A stretch of 63,805 nt of DNA, counting the filler. It is 16 parts of 16 records of this genome, joined end to end, with 100 filler letters (N's around TTAATTAATTAA, not from the genome) between each part and the next. Parts side by side here need not be neighbours in the genome. Positions count along the whole stretch, not along the records: positions 8,927 to 13,595 come from SRR11831580_5581; positions 13,696 to 18,362 come from SRR11831580_5583; positions 18,463 to 21,168 come from SRR11831580_5586; positions 21,269 to 26,840 come from SRR11831580_5595; positions 26,941 to 34,484 come from SRR11831580_5611; 11 more parts are not named here. One strand, 5' to 3'. How positions within the stretch are numbered: position 1 is the first letter of the stretch; each line of letters starts with the position of its first letter. The notes under the pieces are model-generated. The model saw nothing but the letters and a program-made list of their open reading frames with translations. It made no database searches and was not told where the DNA came from. Positions 12,288-28,274 of the stretch are shown here, piece by piece. The translations under genes were made by a program, and so were the position numbers.

Positions 12288-13595
12288 ATGAGCGATATGG
12301 CAGAGCGCCTTGCGCTACATGAATTTACGGAAAACGCCTACTTAAACTACTCCATGTACGTGATCATGGACCGTGCGTTGCCGTTTATTGGTGATGGTCT
12401 GAAACCTGTTCAGCGCCGCATTGTGTATGCGATGTCTGAACTGGGCCTGAATGCCAGCGCCAAATTTAAAAAATCGGCCCGTACCGTCGGTGACGTACTG
12501 GGTAAATACCATCCGCACGGCGATAGCGCCTGTTATGAAGCGATGGTCCTGATGGCGCAACCGTTCTCTTACCGTTATCCGCTGGTTGATGGTCAGGGGA
12601 ACTGGGGCGCGCCGGACGATCCGAAATCGTTCGCGGCAATGCGTTACACCGAATCCCGGTTGTCGAAATATTCCGAGCTGCTATTGAGCGAGCTGGGGCA
12701 GGGGACGGCTGACTGGGTGCCAAACTTCGACGGCACTTTGCAGGAGCCGAAAATGCTACCTGCCCGTCTGCCAAACATTTTGCTTAACGGCACCACCGGT
12801 ATTGCCGTCGGCATGGCGACCGATATTCCACCGCATAACCTGCGTGAAGTGGCTCAGGCGGCAATCGCATTAATCGACCAGCCGAAAACCACGCTCGATC
12901 AGCTGCTGGATATCGTGCAGGGGCCGGATTATCCGACTGAAGCGGAAATTATCACTTCGCGCGCCGAGATCCGTAAAATCTACGAGAACGGACGTGGTTC
13001 AGTGCGTATGCGCGCGGTGTGGAAGAAAGAAGATGGCGCGGTGGTTATCAGCGCATTGCCGCATCAGGTTTCAGGTGCGCGCGTACTGGAGCAAATTGCT
13101 GCGCAAATGCGCAACAAAAAGCTGCCGATGGTTGACGATCTGCGCGATGAATCTGACCACGAGAACCCGACCCGCCTGGTGATTGTGCCGCGTTCCAACC
13201 GCGTGGATATGGATCAGGTGATGAACCACCTCTTCGCTACCACCGATCTGGAAAAGAGCTATCGTATTAACCTTAATATGATCGGTCTGGATGGTCGTCC
13301 GGCGGTGAAAAACCTGCTGGAAATCCTCTCCGAATGGCTGGTGTTCCGCCGCGATACCGTGCGCCGCCGACTGAACTATCGTCTGGAGAAAGTCCTCAAG
13401 CGCCTGCATATCCTCGAAGGTTTGCTGGTGGCGTTTCTCAATATCGACGAAGTGATTGAGATCATTCGTAATGAAGATGAACCGAAACCGGCGCTGATGT
13501 CGCGGTTTGGCCTTACGGAAACCCAGGCGGAAGCGATCCTCGAACTGAAACTGCGTCATCTTGCCAAACTGGAAGAGATGAAGATTCGCGGTGAG
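12288..13595 (+). CDS. parC: Topoisomerase IV subunit A (3'-truncated)
   Basis: [21 protein letters not shown] (wild-type S80/E84), AAMRYTE. Confidence 0.98.
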
Positions 13596-13695
13596 NNNNN
13601 NNNNNNNNNNNNNNNNNNNNNNNNNNNNNNNNNNNNNNNTTAATTAATTAANNNNNNNNNNNNNNNNNNNNNNNNNNNNNNNNNNNNNNNNNNNN

Positions 13696-13894
13696 TTACA
13701 GTGCGACCGCGTGGTTTTTTCAGCCCCCGGGTCGCCATCAGGTAGTAACAACGTCGATCATGATCGGCCAGGTAGACCGAACAGACCTCGGTATCCATCG
13801 CAAGACAGATGTCGGTAACCAGAATATTTAACGCCTCATTCAGGCGTGGTGCGCTGGCTACCTTTTCGACTATTTCGCGCAGGCGAGTGAGCAT
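13696..13894 (-). CDS. ptsP: PTS enzyme I-Ntr, N-terminal fragment
   Basis: MLTRLREIVEKVASAPRL GAF-domain start, downstream of rppH. Confidence 0.93.
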
Positions 13895-13906
13895 AATTGG
13901 CGTGAC

Positions 13907-14437
13907 TTAACCTCTTTTACGTCGATAAGCAGATGCGTTTTGTGGTTTTGGCGTATTTTCCTGCAGTGACATCACCACACTCGCGAACTCTTTCATTACC
14001 CTACGGTAGACATCACGTTTAAATGACACCACCTGTCTGACCGGATACCAGTAACTTACCCATCGCCAGCCGTCAAACTCTGGTGTACTGCTGGTTTGCA
14101 TATTGATTTCTGCATCGCCGCTCACCAGCTGCAAGAGAAACCATTTTTGTTTTTGGCCGATACAAACCGGCTTCGTGTCCCAACGCACCAAACGTTTCGG
14201 TAATTTGTAGCGCAACCAGTTACGCGTTGAAGCAAGGATTCGAACGTCTTTGCGGCTTAATCCTACTTCTTCAAACAATTCACGGTACATCGCCTGCTCT
14301 GCGGATTCTCCGGGGTTGATTCCGCCTTGCGGAAATTGCCAGGAGTGCTGACCAAATCGCCGGGCCCACATTACCTGCCCCTGGCGATTACAAATCACGA
14401 TACCTACGTTTGGGCGGTAGCCATCGTCATCAATCAC
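13907..14437 (-). CDS. rppH: RNA pyrophosphohydrolase
   Basis: Nudix box [22 protein letters not shown]. Confidence 0.97.
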
Positions 14438-14489
14438 CGGACTACCTCAAAATAAAGCTTTATATACGAATGATTGTTTCATACTCCAG

Positions 14490-14940
14490 GAAGACGGTAA
14501 ACCACTCTCTGCAGGGCATTACACACTAATAACAATTGAATAACTCACAGTTATGTGCAGAGTTATAAACAGAGGAAGGGGTGGATAGCCGTTTTTATTC
14601 ACCTTTTCTGTGGATAGAGTTGTGAAGAACTACGGAATTACTACGGGAAAACCCGGAGCATTCTGAATAAGCCCGATATAGACATTTTAAAATATTCATT
14701 ATCAGTCAATGCATTACATGTAATTTTAGTAATGAAAAAGAGTAATTCGTGACCCAGGTCACACCTCTCATTTACGGGTTGGCGAAAGATCAACCAATGC
14801 CGTATTTATCCACAGAATGTGCCACTAAGTTAAGCACTGAACCACTAAAAACTGGAGTTTCGTCGCACGTCAAGGCTGTAAATGGAAACAGTAGTGGAGG
14901 TTTTTCACAGTTATCCCAGCTTTCTGTGGATAACATGGTG
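14490..14940. promoter_or_regulatory. DARS2 (DnaA-reactivating sequence 2), boundaries approximate
   Basis: Clustered DnaA boxes at 14901-14933 (ttttcacag ttatcccag ... tgtggataa) and TTATCCACA at 14806-14814, upstream of mutH. Confidence 0.8.
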
Positions 14941-15121
14941 TAAGATCCTGTTTATTTTCAGTGACCAGATTTGGAAAACCCGTTGCAGTGTTGCGCAACT
15001 CGATTACCGGCAACCTAAAAAGCAATATAAATCAGAGAATTGAACAACGCATGTGGAAAAAGTTACACTGCGAATATTCGGCACATAATTGCTGTTTGTT
15101 TTTTAATCAAGGTATCATGAC

Positions 15122-15811
15122 ATGTCCCAACCTCGCCCACTGCTCTCTCCTCCCGAAACTGAAGAACAGTTGTTAGCGCAAGCACAGCAACTTTCTGGTT
15201 ATACATTGGGAGAACTGGCGGCACTTGTCGGGCTGGTTACGCCAGAGAATTTAAAACGCGATAAAGGCTGGATTGGCGTGTTACTGGAGATCTGGCTAGG
15301 TGCCAGCGCAGGGAGTAAACCTGAGCAAGATTTTGCTGCTCTGGGCGTGGAACTTAAAACTATCCCTGTGGATAGTCTTGGTCGTCCGCTGGAAACAACA
15401 TTCGTTTGTGTTGCCCCGTTAACGGGCAATAGCGGGGTGACCTGGGAAACCAGCCACGTGCGCCACAAACTCAAACGCGTACTGTGGATACCGGTTGAAG
15501 GCGAGCGCAGCATCCCGCTGGCGCAGCGTCGCGTTGGATCACCGTTGCTGTGGAGCCCGAATGAAGAGGAAGACCGGCAGCTACGCGAAGACTGGGAAGA
15601 ATTAATGGATATGATTGTTCTCGGTCAGGTTGAGCGGATTACCGCTCGTCACGGGGAGTATTTACAGATACGACCGAAAGCAGCGAATGCGAAAGCGCTT
15701 ACCGAAGCCATTGGTGCCCGGGGCGAACGGATTCTGACGCTGCCACGCGGCTTTTATTTGAAGAAGAATTTCACCAGTGCACTACTGGCCCGTCATTTTC
15801 TGATCCAGTAG
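15122..15811 (+). CDS. mutH: Mismatch repair endonuclease
   Basis: 229 aa, [12 protein letters not shown] motif. Confidence 0.97.
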   Translation: MSQPRPLLSPPETEEQLLAQAQQLSGYTLGELAALVGLVTPENLKRDKGWIGVLLEIWLGASAGSKPEQDFAALGVELKTIPVDSLGRPLETTFVCVAPLTGNSGVTWETSHVRHKLKRVLWIPVEGERSIPLAQRRVGSPLLWSPNEEEDRQLREDWEELMDMIVLGQVERITARHGEYLQIRPKAANAKALTEAIGARGERILTLPRGFYLKKNFTSALLARHFLIQ

Positions 15812-15879
15812 CCATCGCTTTGACCTGCCGCTTTCCGGGCATATAATTACCGCTTCATTTTTTTGGCAGGGCTTTTTAG

Positions 15880-16593
15880 ATGTTATTTGCATGGATAACC
15901 GATCCTAACGCCTGGCTTGCGCTCGGTACGCTGACGCTGCTGGAGATCGTTCTTGGGATCGACAATATTATTTTCCTTTCTCTGGTGGTGGCAAAGCTTC
16001 CCACAGCACAACGTGCTCATGCGCGCCGTCTGGGGTTGGCGGGAGCCATGGTTATGCGTCTGGCGCTGCTGGCATCAATCGCCTGGGTTACGCGCCTGAC
16101 AAATCCGCTTTTTACAATATTCAGTCAGGAAATTTCTGCCCGTGATTTGATTCTGCTTCTGGGTGGCTTGTTCCTTATCTGGAAAGCCAGCAAGGAAATC
16201 CACGAATCCATTGAAGGTGAAGAAGAAGGGCTGAAAACACGCGTTTCATCATTCCTCGGCGCTATCGTGCAGATTATGCTGCTGGATATTATCTTTAGCC
16301 TCGACTCGGTGATTACGGCTGTGGGTCTGTCAGATCACCTGTTTATTATGATGGCAGCCGTGGTGATTGCCGTAGGCGTGATGATGTTCGCCGCGCGCTC
16401 GATTGGTGATTTTGTCGAACGCCATCCTTCGGTAAAAATGCTGGCGCTCTCTTTCCTGATTCTGGTGGGCTTTACCCTGATTCTGGAAAGTTTCGACATC
16501 CACGTACCGAAAGGTTACATCTACTTCGCGATGTTCTTCTCTATTGCGGTTGAAAGCCTCAACTTGATTCGCAACAAAAAGAATCCGCTCTGA
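15880..16593 (+). CDS. ygdQ: TerC-family membrane protein YgdQ
   Basis: LEIVLGIDN and [14 protein letters not shown] motifs. Confidence 0.92.
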
Positions 16594-16730
16594 TACTCCG
16601 TACGCTCTCCTGCGGGAGGGCGTACTCACTCCTTTTACCCTCACAGTTTAAGATTTTCCTGCTTTCAAGATATATAACGTCGGTTTATAAACAGACTATT
16701 ATCATAGGTAGGCCAAATGAGGATAACCGG

Positions 16731-16949
16731 ATGAAAAAATGGGCAGTAATAATTTCTGCAGTCGGACTGGCGTTTGCTGTTTCCGGGTGTTCCAGTGATT
16801 ACGTCATGGCGACCAAAGATGGCCGTATGATTTTGACCGATGGAAAACCTGAAATTGATGATGATACCGGGCTGGTGAGTTATCACGATCAGCAAGGTAA
16901 CGCGATGCAAATTAACCGTGATGATGTTTCGCAAATTATTGAACGTTAA
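16731..16949 (+). CDS. ygdR: Small lipoprotein YgdR
   Basis: Lipobox [15 protein letters not shown]. Confidence 0.9.
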
Positions 16950-17056
16950 CAAATAAGGTCAGCATCCGGCTGGCCTTAAGATTTTTCTCTTTCCCTTTTC
17001 CCTTCCCTCTGCCATTTTTATATTCCTTATGTCGTGATTATAAAAAGGAAACGGCT

Positions 17057-18097
17057 ATGCAATATCACCGTATACCCCACAGTTCGCTGGAAGTCAGCAC
17101 GCTGGGGCTTGGCACGATGACGTTTGGTGAACAGAACAGCGAAGCCGACGCCCACGCACAACTCGACTATGCCGTCGCTCAGGGCATTAACCTTATCGAC
17201 GTTGCCGAAATGTACCCAGTACCTCCGCGCCCCGAAACGCAAGGGTTAACCGAAACCTACGTCGGCAACTGGCTGGCGAAACATGGCAGCCGCGAAAAGT
17301 TAATTATCGCCTCCAAAGTGAGCGGACCGTCGCGCAATAATGACAAGGGCATCCGCCCGGATCAGGCGCTGGATCGGAAGAATATCCGCGAAGCGCTGCA
17401 TGACAGCCTCAAGCGCCTACAGACTGATTACCTCGATCTTTATCAGGTGCACTGGCCGCAGCGCCCGACCAACTGCTTCGGCAAACTCGGTTATAGCTGG
17501 ACGGATTCTGCGCCTGCGGTTTCGCTGCTGGATACGCTGGACGCACTGGCAGAGTACCAACGCGCGGGAAAAATTCGTTATATCGGCGTGTCGAACGAAA
17601 CTGCATTTGGCGTAATGCGCTACCTGCATCTGGCGGACAAACACGATCTGCCGCGTATTGTCACCATTCAGAACCCTTACAGTCTGTTAAACCGCAGTTT
17701 TGAAGTAGGTCTGGCAGAAGTCAGCCAGTATGAAGGGGTCGAACTGCTGGCCTATTCGTGCCTGGGTTTCGGCACGCTGACCGGGAAATATCTCAATGGT
17801 GCAAAACCCGCTGGCGCACGTAATACGCTCTTTAGTCGGTTCACCCGCTATAGCGGTGAGCAAACGCAAAAAGCCGTCGCGGCGTATGTTGATATCGCCA
17901 GACGTCATGGCCTGGACCCTGCTCAGATGGCGCTCGCGTTTGTACGCCGTCAACCGTTTGTTGCCAGCACTCTGCTGGGCGCAACCACGATGGATCAGCT
18001 GAAAACTAACATCGAAAGTTTGCATCTGGAGTTAAGCGAAGACGTATTAGCTGAAATTGAAGCGGTGCATCAGGTTTATACTTATCCGGCACCATAA
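17057..18097 (+). CDS. tas: Aldo-keto reductase Tas
   Basis: LGLGTMTFGEQ, DVAEMYP, SLKRLQTDYLDLYQVHWP. Confidence 0.96.
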   Translation: MQYHRIPHSSLEVSTLGLGTMTFGEQNSEADAHAQLDYAVAQGINLIDVAEMYPVPPRPETQGLTETYVGNWLAKHGSREKLIIASKVSGPSRNNDKGIRPDQALDRKNIREALHDSLKRLQTDYLDLYQVHWPQRPTNCFGKLGYSWTDSAPAVSLLDTLDALAEYQRAGKIRYIGVSNETAFGVMRYLHLADKHDLPRIVTIQNPYSLLNRSFEVGLAEVSQYEGVELLAYSCLGFGTLTGKYLNGAKPAGARNTLFSRFTRYSGEQTQKAVAAYVDIARRHGLDPAQMALAFVRRQPFVASTLLGATTMDQLKTNIESLHLELSEDVLAEIEAVHQVYTYPAP

Positions 18098-18099
18098 GA

Positions 18100-18125
18100 T
18101 TAACGCCGGTTAAAACCGGCGTTAA
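18100..18125. terminator. Hairpin between convergent tas and lplT
   Basis: ttaacgccggtt-aa-aaccggcgttaa inverted repeat. Confidence 0.65.
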
Positions 18126-18128
18126 ATA

Positions 18129-18362
18129 TTAATGACGGCGCTGCCAGATCCACAGCGCCGTTATTGCCAGCGCAAACAGCGCACCGAAGCCAATGCCAAT
18201 GGGCACGACCGGGATGCCTATCATTACCGCCAGCGAGTAAATGCCCAGCATCAACAACATGGCGCTGTTTTCGCCAAGGTTTTGTACTGCAATCGCATTC
18301 CCCGCCCCGACGCTTTTTTTACCCCGCTCCTGTAGCAACGCATTGAGCGGAACGACAAAAAA
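18129..18362 (-). CDS. lplT: Lysophospholipid transporter, C-terminal fragment
   Basis: [29 protein letters not shown]...WQRRH. Confidence 0.92.
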   Translation of the reverse strand, partial: FFVVPLNALLQERGKKSVGAGNAIAVQNLGENSAMLLMLGIYSLAVMIGIPVVPIGIGFGALFALAITALWIWQRRH

Positions 18363-18462
18363 NNNNNNNNNNNNNNNNNNNNNNNNNNNNNNNNNNNNNN
18401 NNNNNNTTAATTAATTAANNNNNNNNNNNNNNNNNNNNNNNNNNNNNNNNNNNNNNNNNNNN

Positions 18463-18714
<252 letters not shown>

Positions 18715-18750
18715 TTACATTTTTGCACCAACGATGAAATATTGCGCTAT

Positions 18751-21168
<2,418 letters not shown>

Positions 21169-21268
21169 NNNNNNNNNNNNNNNNNNNNNNNNNNNNNNNN
21201 NNNNNNNNNNNNTTAATTAATTAANNNNNNNNNNNNNNNNNNNNNNNNNNNNNNNNNNNNNNNNNNNN

Positions 21269-24200
21269 CCATCGATTCGAACTGCGCCGCGAGCTGTGTG
21301 CTGGCCTCCAGGACGGCCGCAGGGACAGGTAACGTGTCCACGACGCTCTTGGTCGCACCGACCAGCATGTGCAACGACGGCAGCACGACATTCAGATGCG
21401 CCACCACGCGCTCACACACAGCCATCTGCGACACAGCGGATGTCGCAACGGGCAAAGCACCGGCCGCGCACGCGTCGCCCAGGGACAGGACGCGCTTGGT
21501 TGCGGCTAGGGAGTGCAGCAGGCGAACGAACGACACGCGCTCCTGAGTGATAAGATAGAGCATGTGCTCGCTGTAGCCGATGCAGCGCGCCACCTGCAAC
21601 CACAAAATTATTAAGACAACTGTATGTGTGTGTAATAACAGAACCAGAACCACAAGGAGGGACGAAACCGCGCACCTCCGCATTCGTAAGCTCCTGACTG
21701 AATGTGGCGGCCTGTGTGCGAATCTTCAACACACGCATGATGCACGCATAGTAATACGAGTCGGCTCGCTTCCACGCAGCATCCGGTAGGCCACTACACA
21801 GAGCGCATAAGTTCGATGCAATATGCACAAAGCAACATCACACACGCTAACACACACGACCAACAAACCTCACACACACACACACCAAACGTACCATCGC
21901 AGCAGAAGGGGCTGCAGATCCGTGGCGGACACCTCAAGCAAGTTCTGAAACTTGTTATGTGCGCGTGGGACTGCGGCCGCACGGTGGTTCAACCCGAACG
22001 CCTCCAAGGCTCGCAACAGATCAACAAAGGCTTTCTTCTTAATCGCGATCTTGGGTTCCGTGGTCAGCTCCTCCAGCCGCTCAATGACTGCGACCGCGAG
22101 CCCCTCCACATTCTCAGCCAGCGTGTTTACCGCTTCGATCGAATCGTCGGCTTTACAGACCGTATGCATGCGAGACAGCAGACGGGGGAGTTGGTTGATT
22201 CGCCGATCGGTGTCATTCAAGCAAAGCACAGCAGTCAATTCGGTGGGGACCGTGGCAAAGAATTCTTCTTGCGAGGTAAGAGACAGGCGCGCCCGCGTTG
22301 GGAGTCTATAACACAAAACCACCGCTGTTAGTTCCAAGAACGTGCGCACGGCAGCCGCACGGTCACAAACGAGAAAACATGACACATCACAACAGCACTG
22401 CTCACCGGAGCCTCACGCACTGTCCACGCCTACAAACCGCAGCATACGTAGGAACAACAAACGGTTCGCGTTCTGCGGGTCCCGCGCTGAAGCTCTTCAG
22501 ATCATTGTGCAAAGCGGAGAACCGAGAGTTGATGGGCTGCTTGAGGACGACGGCATACTCGCGCGCATAGCGACACAGCAACAACTGAGCCTTTGCAACT
22601 GTGGACCGCAGCGCATAGTAGTTGGTGTCGTCCCAGCGCATGAGTTTGGTCTGCTCGGTGAGCTTGCCTTCGATCACACCACGCGCCTCCAGGATCGTCT
22701 GTTGCAGTCTGCAAGAGCAATACGGTCAACACACAACCGTTCGCAACACGGCACATATGCACGCAGACCCCTACGAGTCCTGGTGGATGCAAGGCGTACC
22801 CTGACAGGAACTGGCGGTAGTAATGTGTCAAGTGGAAGAGCATGTTGCGCATGCGCTCACTGGTGCGTCTACAACAGGCGCCTTCAATGAGAACACAGGT
22901 ACACAACGAACCACAGCACAACGAGCCACAGCACCCACAGACAGCGCCTACACATTCAAACGTATTCAAACCCTGTCTCATACCGTCGCGCAGCAGGCAA
23001 AACCCCGGCCTGCAGCTCCACGGAGACCTGATGATAGAACGCCTCCAGAAGATTCAGCCGCTCTGCGTATTCACCGAACGTGGAGGTCTGGATGAATGTT
23101 TCCAAAGTCTCGAACAGCTGCGTCATGAAGGACTCCTCGGCGGACTCGTCGATTTCGCCTTTGACAACCCCGTAGAGGCGGAACCACGACTGCGCGACAA
23201 AACGCAAAACACGTGAGCTCCGACACACTCTGCAGGACCGCGCATGTAAACGGGAGCAAACTGGCATTGCAAGGGTTAATGATCCACACGTATTGTGTAT
23301 CATACTTTGAGAGCGTTCTGTTTGCATTGCATCTCCTTGGTACGCAGCACCGAGGGCCACGAATCCAGCTCGATGCGACGCCAGCGCTTGATGAGAGACT
23401 TGATCGTGGTCAAATGTTCTAAGAGTGACACTTCTTTGCTAGCGACATCTTCCCAAAGTTGAGTCTTGAGGAACAGAAGCTCGAGGCCATTGACAACCTG
23501 GGGCGTTCGTATGAATATCAGGGGCACGCTTAGACCACAACACACACCCGCACGCACGCACACACACGTACCTTCATGAGAGGCAAGAAGGGAGAGAAAC
23601 TCATGATACGATCGCAAATCTGAATCAGTTGTTGTAACAGAGCGTTCTCGGGCCACCGGTCCAGCAGTCTCTTCACCGCAGCCATGTACTCTGTCAAGGC
23701 GGGGAGAGCCAGAAGACTTTCACTCACAGCCACATGCTACACACAAACCACGCGTGAGTAAACAGAACAGGGACGACGCCACACGGTACCCCAACACACA
23801 CACATATACATGCATCAACTTGCAGTGATGGAATATACGCGCACGTACTTTGTAGATGTTAAAGTCTTTGGGCAGCTCCGACGCCTCTCCCGCTGGTGTA
23901 CTCAGAGTCTGACAATTCTTGGAAAGTTCCAACACCGTCGCAGCCACCGTAGACTCATCCACACTGCAGGTCAGCTTGGACTCGAGCCCCCGGGTGAGTG
24001 TCTTCACCGCCGCGTAGTTGGCCGAGTAGCACTCCGCAAGGTACGCCTGCATGCTCGCATCCTGCGCACGCGCAACGAATCAGGGACCGGCGACACTGAG
24101 TGGGCGGCAGGAGGGTACGTACCGCACAGGTTTCCGGGGTCGCGCGCTGAGTGAGTGCGTGAAAGCGGCGGTACACAGCGCGATGCAAGTCGCACAGAAC

Positions 24201-26812
24201 CAGCACGAGGTCGTCGTCCACAGGTAGCTGCACCTTGGCGGGCTGTTCCGCCGCAACGAGAGGGACAGAGCTCGCGGGGGCCGAGTGAGGCTGTGAAACC
24301 CACACACACACACGACCAAGACGGAATGAAATTAGATACGGGGCATGATACAAACACCGACACTGAGTAACGAACGAACCGCATATAAAACGGGCCAAGC
24401 ACGTACATCCGCCGTGACGATATCCGCAAAGTCGCCGCTGTAGTCGGGGAACATCTCACGAATCTGCCGCTGCTCCTCCTCTTCCTCCGAACCGAACGTC
24501 TGCGAGCGTGTCTTATACTGGTACGTGGCCGCGTCTGCAATGCGCTGCTGCTCGAGAAGCTCCTGGCCCCGACGCCACTCGCTCACAAATTGTTCAAAGA
24601 GCGCGTTCAGCAACTAGGAGCGTTTGTACTTAGAGCAACACCGGGGAAAACAGCACGCCGATAACGATTGAAACACAACAACACGCACAGTCACCAGAAC
24701 ATAATCACTCCATGCAACAAAACACACGTACCTGTAGGAGCTGCGGCTGGGGTTCGGGACTGGACACCGCAGCCAGCACCGCCCTCCTCAGCGTTGCAGT
24801 CAGAATCGAGCCCACCGCCGCCGCAGCGTGCTCCCCCTTGACTGCATACACAGCGCGCATCGTATCGGCTGAGGACAGACGGTGCAGGGCGTGCGCGCTG
24901 ACATCCACCGGGACACGGGCCAGGTCTTGCACCAACGCCTATAGGAAGAACGGGAGCGCTCAGGGTAAGGGCAAATATCATACATGCAGGACTGCTGTTC
25001 AATAGAGGAGGAGAGTGCAGTTTACCAAGAGCGGAGCAGCGCGGTACGTACGGACACCACGTTGATCTCCTGAGAGCGGTGAAGACTGGACGCAAGAGTC
25101 CTCAGCCCCAGCTTAATCAGTCCGCACGAGCTGACCATGGGAATGGCGAGATCACGATACAGAGGGTACTTGCCCATCAGGCGGTCCATGAACTGCTGCA
25201 GATTGCTCTGATGCACGCCACAACACGACAACGTTAGAACACAGAACGGGTAGAGAGTGGGCATCAATCAGCACGACCACCACTACCATCACGTCAAGAA
25301 CAACTACGAACGACAACACGTGCAACAACAACAACAACAACAACAACAGTGCACGTAATGAACAAGTCGCGTACCTGCAGTACACTTTCTTCGCTCTCCG
25401 CCAAATGGTCCGACGATGAGAGACGGTCTATGAGTGTGCGGGCACGGTGCAGCGCGTCCCCAAACTCCACCAGATCACGATACAGAGAGGGGAAGGCCGA
25501 GGGCACAGGACGATGAGCCACCTACGTGCAAAACAAACCATCCTACGTGAGCGCCCACAGTGAAACACAGTGACCAAAGGCCGACGATCGCATATAGACG
25601 CAAAGAACGGCAGCTCATGACACCCATACAGGAACGTGGTTGTACCTTAGCGATGACCTGGTGCATGCGAGATTCTGTTTCCGCAAGCTCGGCCGAGCAC
25701 TCGTCCATGAACGCATCGTGGCCCCTTGCGGAATGCACCTCGTCAATCTAAACGATCACGCAGGGGAGTAAGCACACCCACGCTACAACCTCACACTGCC
25801 ACACAGGCTCCAGGCCACCGTCGATTACACCCTCATCTTACGTACTTCACGAAGAACAGACAGATCCACACGCAGCAGGGAGGCGCGCTGTCGCATGTGA
25901 GCGAGCACCGCAGCAGGCTTCAGCGCGGGGTCCACGGGTCTCCCGGGCAGCAATAACTGGAACCGCGCCAGACCGAGCAGTGACAGCGCACGCCCGCACG
26001 AAGCGGCGTCTGTTGGCCCAGAAAGGAAGGAGGCGAGTGCAGGGAGCAGTAGGGTGGCCCAAATAGTCGCAAACGCCGTATCGGACGACCCGCACAACGC
26101 GGCGTCCAAGGAGGACTTGGAGAACGCCGCTAGATTCTCCTGCAATAACGCATCAAGTTGAGAGAGAGCGGTCGACTGAGCTGCGAAGTCGAGCTCCTTC
26201 GCAAAGCACAGCACGGTGGAGCCAAAGAGGCCGCGGAACAGGGCCGAAAGATCGCGCGGTTGCGTGGGAGTCTGACGCGATAGCAGCAGCTTTGCAAGGG
26301 ACTGCAGCTGCGTGCGCTTCTCGGCCACATCTCGCAAACGCGCGTTGTTCCACGACCTACGTGCGCATAAGACAATGATAGAACAATAAGGGCATGCACG
26401 AATACATATATCAATCAGCATCGCCGCACAGAAGGATAAACGTACACGAGTTGAACGGCAGACGCGGTCTCGTAAGCACCAAATATCCAGGACGACCCCA
26501 CCGGGAGACTGCCGCTTGTGCAAGAAAGCACCGACCACACGCTCGATGACCACGAGGAGAGCACTTCTTGCAGCGTGCCCTGAATGTACGCCGCAGAGAG
26601 GGATCCCGCGGAGGCCCGAGCGCGCCACAAGAGCCGCTGATAGGGCGCAAAATCCTTCAGGTTGCGGCTGGTGGATGGTATGCCGACGCGCAAGAAGTGC
26701 TCGACCTGTTCGAGGAGAGACTCTGAGGGGCGGTCCCCCGTATAGCACGACAGGGCCACAATGAGCTGGAACTCGGCCATCAGGCTGCGGCGGTTGTGCA
26801 GCGGCCACAGCT
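21269..26812 (-). CDS. MDN1: Eukaryotic midasin (MDN1/Rea1)-like gene, internal linker region; many short introns, both ends truncated, exon limits not fully resolved
   Basis: Exon peptides resemble midasin blocks: YQYKTR, WPENALLQQLIQICDRIMSF, LELLFLKTQLWEDVASKEVSL...RWRRIELDSW, LETFIQTSTFGEYAERLNLL, KLMRWDDTNYYALR, KKKAFVDLLRAL; separated by TG-rich GT..AG introns. Confidence 0.8.
25323..25348. repeat. (CAA)8 microsatellite in a predicted intron
   Basis: Read directly from the sequence. Confidence 0.9.
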
Positions 26813-26940
26813 GCACACACACACACACATACACACACACNNNNNNNNNNNNNNNNNNNNNNNNNNNNNNNNNNNNNNNNNNNNTTAATTAATTAANNNN
26901 NNNNNNNNNNNNNNNNNNNNNNNNNNNNNNNNNNNNNNNN

Positions 26941-27337
<397 letters not shown>

Positions 27338-27455
27338 CTAAAATTAGTCGCTTTTGGCGGTGAATGCTGAATTAAAACGCAGAATTTTGTCCGATAGTGG
27401 TATCGGTGTACCATTCGCGCAGACGAAAATTCTTAACCTTAATCTGGAATACGCC

Positions 27456-28274
27456 ATGACCACACGCGTGATTGCTCTCGACTTAGACGGCACCTTATTG
27501 ACCCCGAAAAAGACCCTGCTTCCTTCATCGATAGAAGCCCTGGCCCGCGCTCGCGAAGCAGGCTATCAATTAATCATCGTCACAGGTCGCCATCACGTCG
27601 CTATTCATCCTTTTTATCAGGCGCTGGCGCTGGATACACCTGCTATTTGCTGTAATGGCACCTATTTGTATGATTATCATGCAAAAACCGTGCTGGAAGC
27701 GGACCCAATGCCCGTTATTAAAGCCCTGCAACTCATTGAGATGCTGAATGAACACCACATTCACGGTCTGATGTATGTCGATGATGCAATGGTCTATGAG
27801 CACCCGACCGGGCATGTCATTCGCACATCTAACTGGGCGCAAACCCTGCCGCCGGAACAGCGTCCGACTTTCACACAAGTCGCTTCTCTGGCTGAAACGG
27901 CGCAACAAGTTAACGCCGTATGGAAGTTCGCCCTGACGCACGATGACCTGCCGCAATTGCAGCATTTTGGTAAGCATGTCGAACATGAACTGGGACTGGA
28001 GTGTGAATGGTCCTGGCACGATCAGGTTGATATTGCACGCGGCGGCAACAGCAAAGGTAAACGTTTGACGAAATGGGTTGAGGCGCAAGGTTGGTCGATG
28101 GAAAACGTCGTGGCATTCGGCGATAACTTTAATGATATCAGTATGCTGGAAGCCGCTGGTACAGGCGTGGCGATGGGCAACGCCGATGACGCGGTAAAAG
28201 CGCGCGCCAACATTGTGATTGGTGATAACACCACCGACAGCATTGCCCAGTTCATTTATAGCCACCTGATTTAA
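27456..28274 (+). CDS. ybhA: HAD phosphatase YbhA
   Basis: DLDGTLL, AFGDNFNDISML; 272 aa. Confidence 0.94.
   Translation: MTTRVIALDLDGTLLTPKKTLLPSSIEALARAREAGYQLIIVTGRHHVAIHPFYQALALDTPAICCNGTYLYDYHAKTVLEADPMPVIKALQLIEMLNEHHIHGLMYVDDAMVYEHPTGHVIRTSNWAQTLPPEQRPTFTQVASLAETAQQVNAVWKFALTHDDLPQLQHFGKHVEHELGLECEWSWHDQVDIARGGNSKGKRLTKWVEAQGWSMENVVAFGDNFNDISMLEAAGTGVAMGNADDAVKARANIVIGDNTTDSIAQFIYSHLI

Noticed and set aside
14490-14940. DnaA-box cluster as a cryptic origin
   Set aside because: Position and layout match the known DARS2 upstream of mutH.
25149-25487. Duplicated 16-mer agatcacgatacagag in the midasin-like gene
   Set aside because: Both copies encode the same short LYRDL peptide; no further repeat structure.
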